Below are positions 63,150 to 64,000 of a stretch of DNA of 64,000 bases, in pieces. Every line of letters starts with the position of its first letter. Within the stretch, counting starts at the first letter, position 1. The translations under genes were made by a program, and so were the position numbers. Under the pieces are notes generated by a model. The model was not told the DNA's origin. It did not search any database and saw only the letters and a list, made by a program, of their open reading frames with translations. Source of the DNA: Octopus vulgaris (Eukaryota); NCBI GenBank assembly GCA_951406725.2, contig OX597843.1, positions 3,348,001 to 3,412,000 of the forward strand. The letters are read 5' to 3'.

Positions 63150-63870
63150 ACACGTATGAGGGGTACCTTTGTATCCGGCCAGGGGTTGGTTAACTTGTTT
63201 TAGTTACTACCTCAGTAATAAGATCAGGCTGGAGAAAAAGTACCTGTCACGAGACAGATTCATGAGAAGATGGAAGCTGGGAGTGTTTGGTACCAGGTTA
63301 GTGGAAGCCAAAAACAGGAAAGAAAAAGCAAGGGGTCTACCCTGGTGGTCGGATGCCTATCCTTCAGAGAAGCCATTACAAATTTCAGCGTACAAGGGTC
63401 AGTCGGAATTTAGGGACGGTCAGAATTTAAGCAGAGGGGGGAGAAGCGAGTAATTTCATTTGTAATGAGCAACGCTTAAGTCAAAAGCTATAAACATATT
63501 TATTAAATTATTGTAAATATTTAATCACTACTTCACCCCTTTTATGTTTGTCCCCTCTTTATAATGCCTTCATAGCAAATATTTATGGTATTTATGTAAT
63601 AAAGTAGCTTGCTTACAAACAATATGGTTCAGTCCCCAATCCGTAGCACCTTAAGCAAGTGTCTTCTACTATAGCCTCGGGCCGACCAAAGCCTTGTCAG
63701 ACGGAAACTTATAATGTATATATATGTGTGTGTTTGTCCCCCAACATCGCTTGACAAACGATAGAATAAGTACTAGGCTTACAAAGAATAAGTCCTGGGG
63801 TCGATTTGTTCGACTAAAGGCGGTGCTCCAGCATGACCACAGTGAAATGACTGAAACAAGTAAAAGAGTA
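63150..63870 (+). mobile_element. Tx1/L1 3' fragment followed by a SINE
   Basis: SYYLSNKIRLEKKYLSRDRFMRRWKLGVFGTR matches 39520-39640; a SINE follows from ~63602. Confidence 0.75.
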
Positions 63871-64000
63871 ATTAAGTACTTAGGTTCTCATTCACTTATT
63901 TTGCTACTAGTAGGAAGGCACAAGCATTGACAGCCTTTCACAAACTAAAGAAGGTCTGGAACTCCAAATTGCTTGGGCAAATCAAAATCCAGCTGTTCAT

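Overview
Eukaryotic, repeat-saturated genomic DNA, most likely a coleoid cephalopod (Octopus-like). This is inferred from the tRNA-derived SINE families, the (TA)n load and a C2H2 zinc-finger gene. The only clearly intact gene is a single-coding-exon C2H2 ZNF (60733-62286, -). The left ~32.5 kb is a composite satellite block. On the minus strand its 140/187-bp and 51/49-bp monomers are amplified remnants of one ankyrin-repeat exon type, and the 140/187-bp monomers keep the GTAAGT splice donor. A homologous exon sits in a fragmentary Mind-bomb (MIB2)-like ankyrin+RING pseudogene on the plus strand at 46345-51188, which the ORF track misses. The satellite ends directly at an endogenous CRESS-DNA-virus Rep (nanovirus/alphasatellite-like SF3 helicase) fragment split by a SINE. 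The rest consists of LINE (RTE, Tx1/L1), Penelope, Helitron, Tc1/mariner, piggyBac-like MITE and SINE remnants plus mini- and microsatellites. All family assignments come from manual translation and motif recognition, not database searches.
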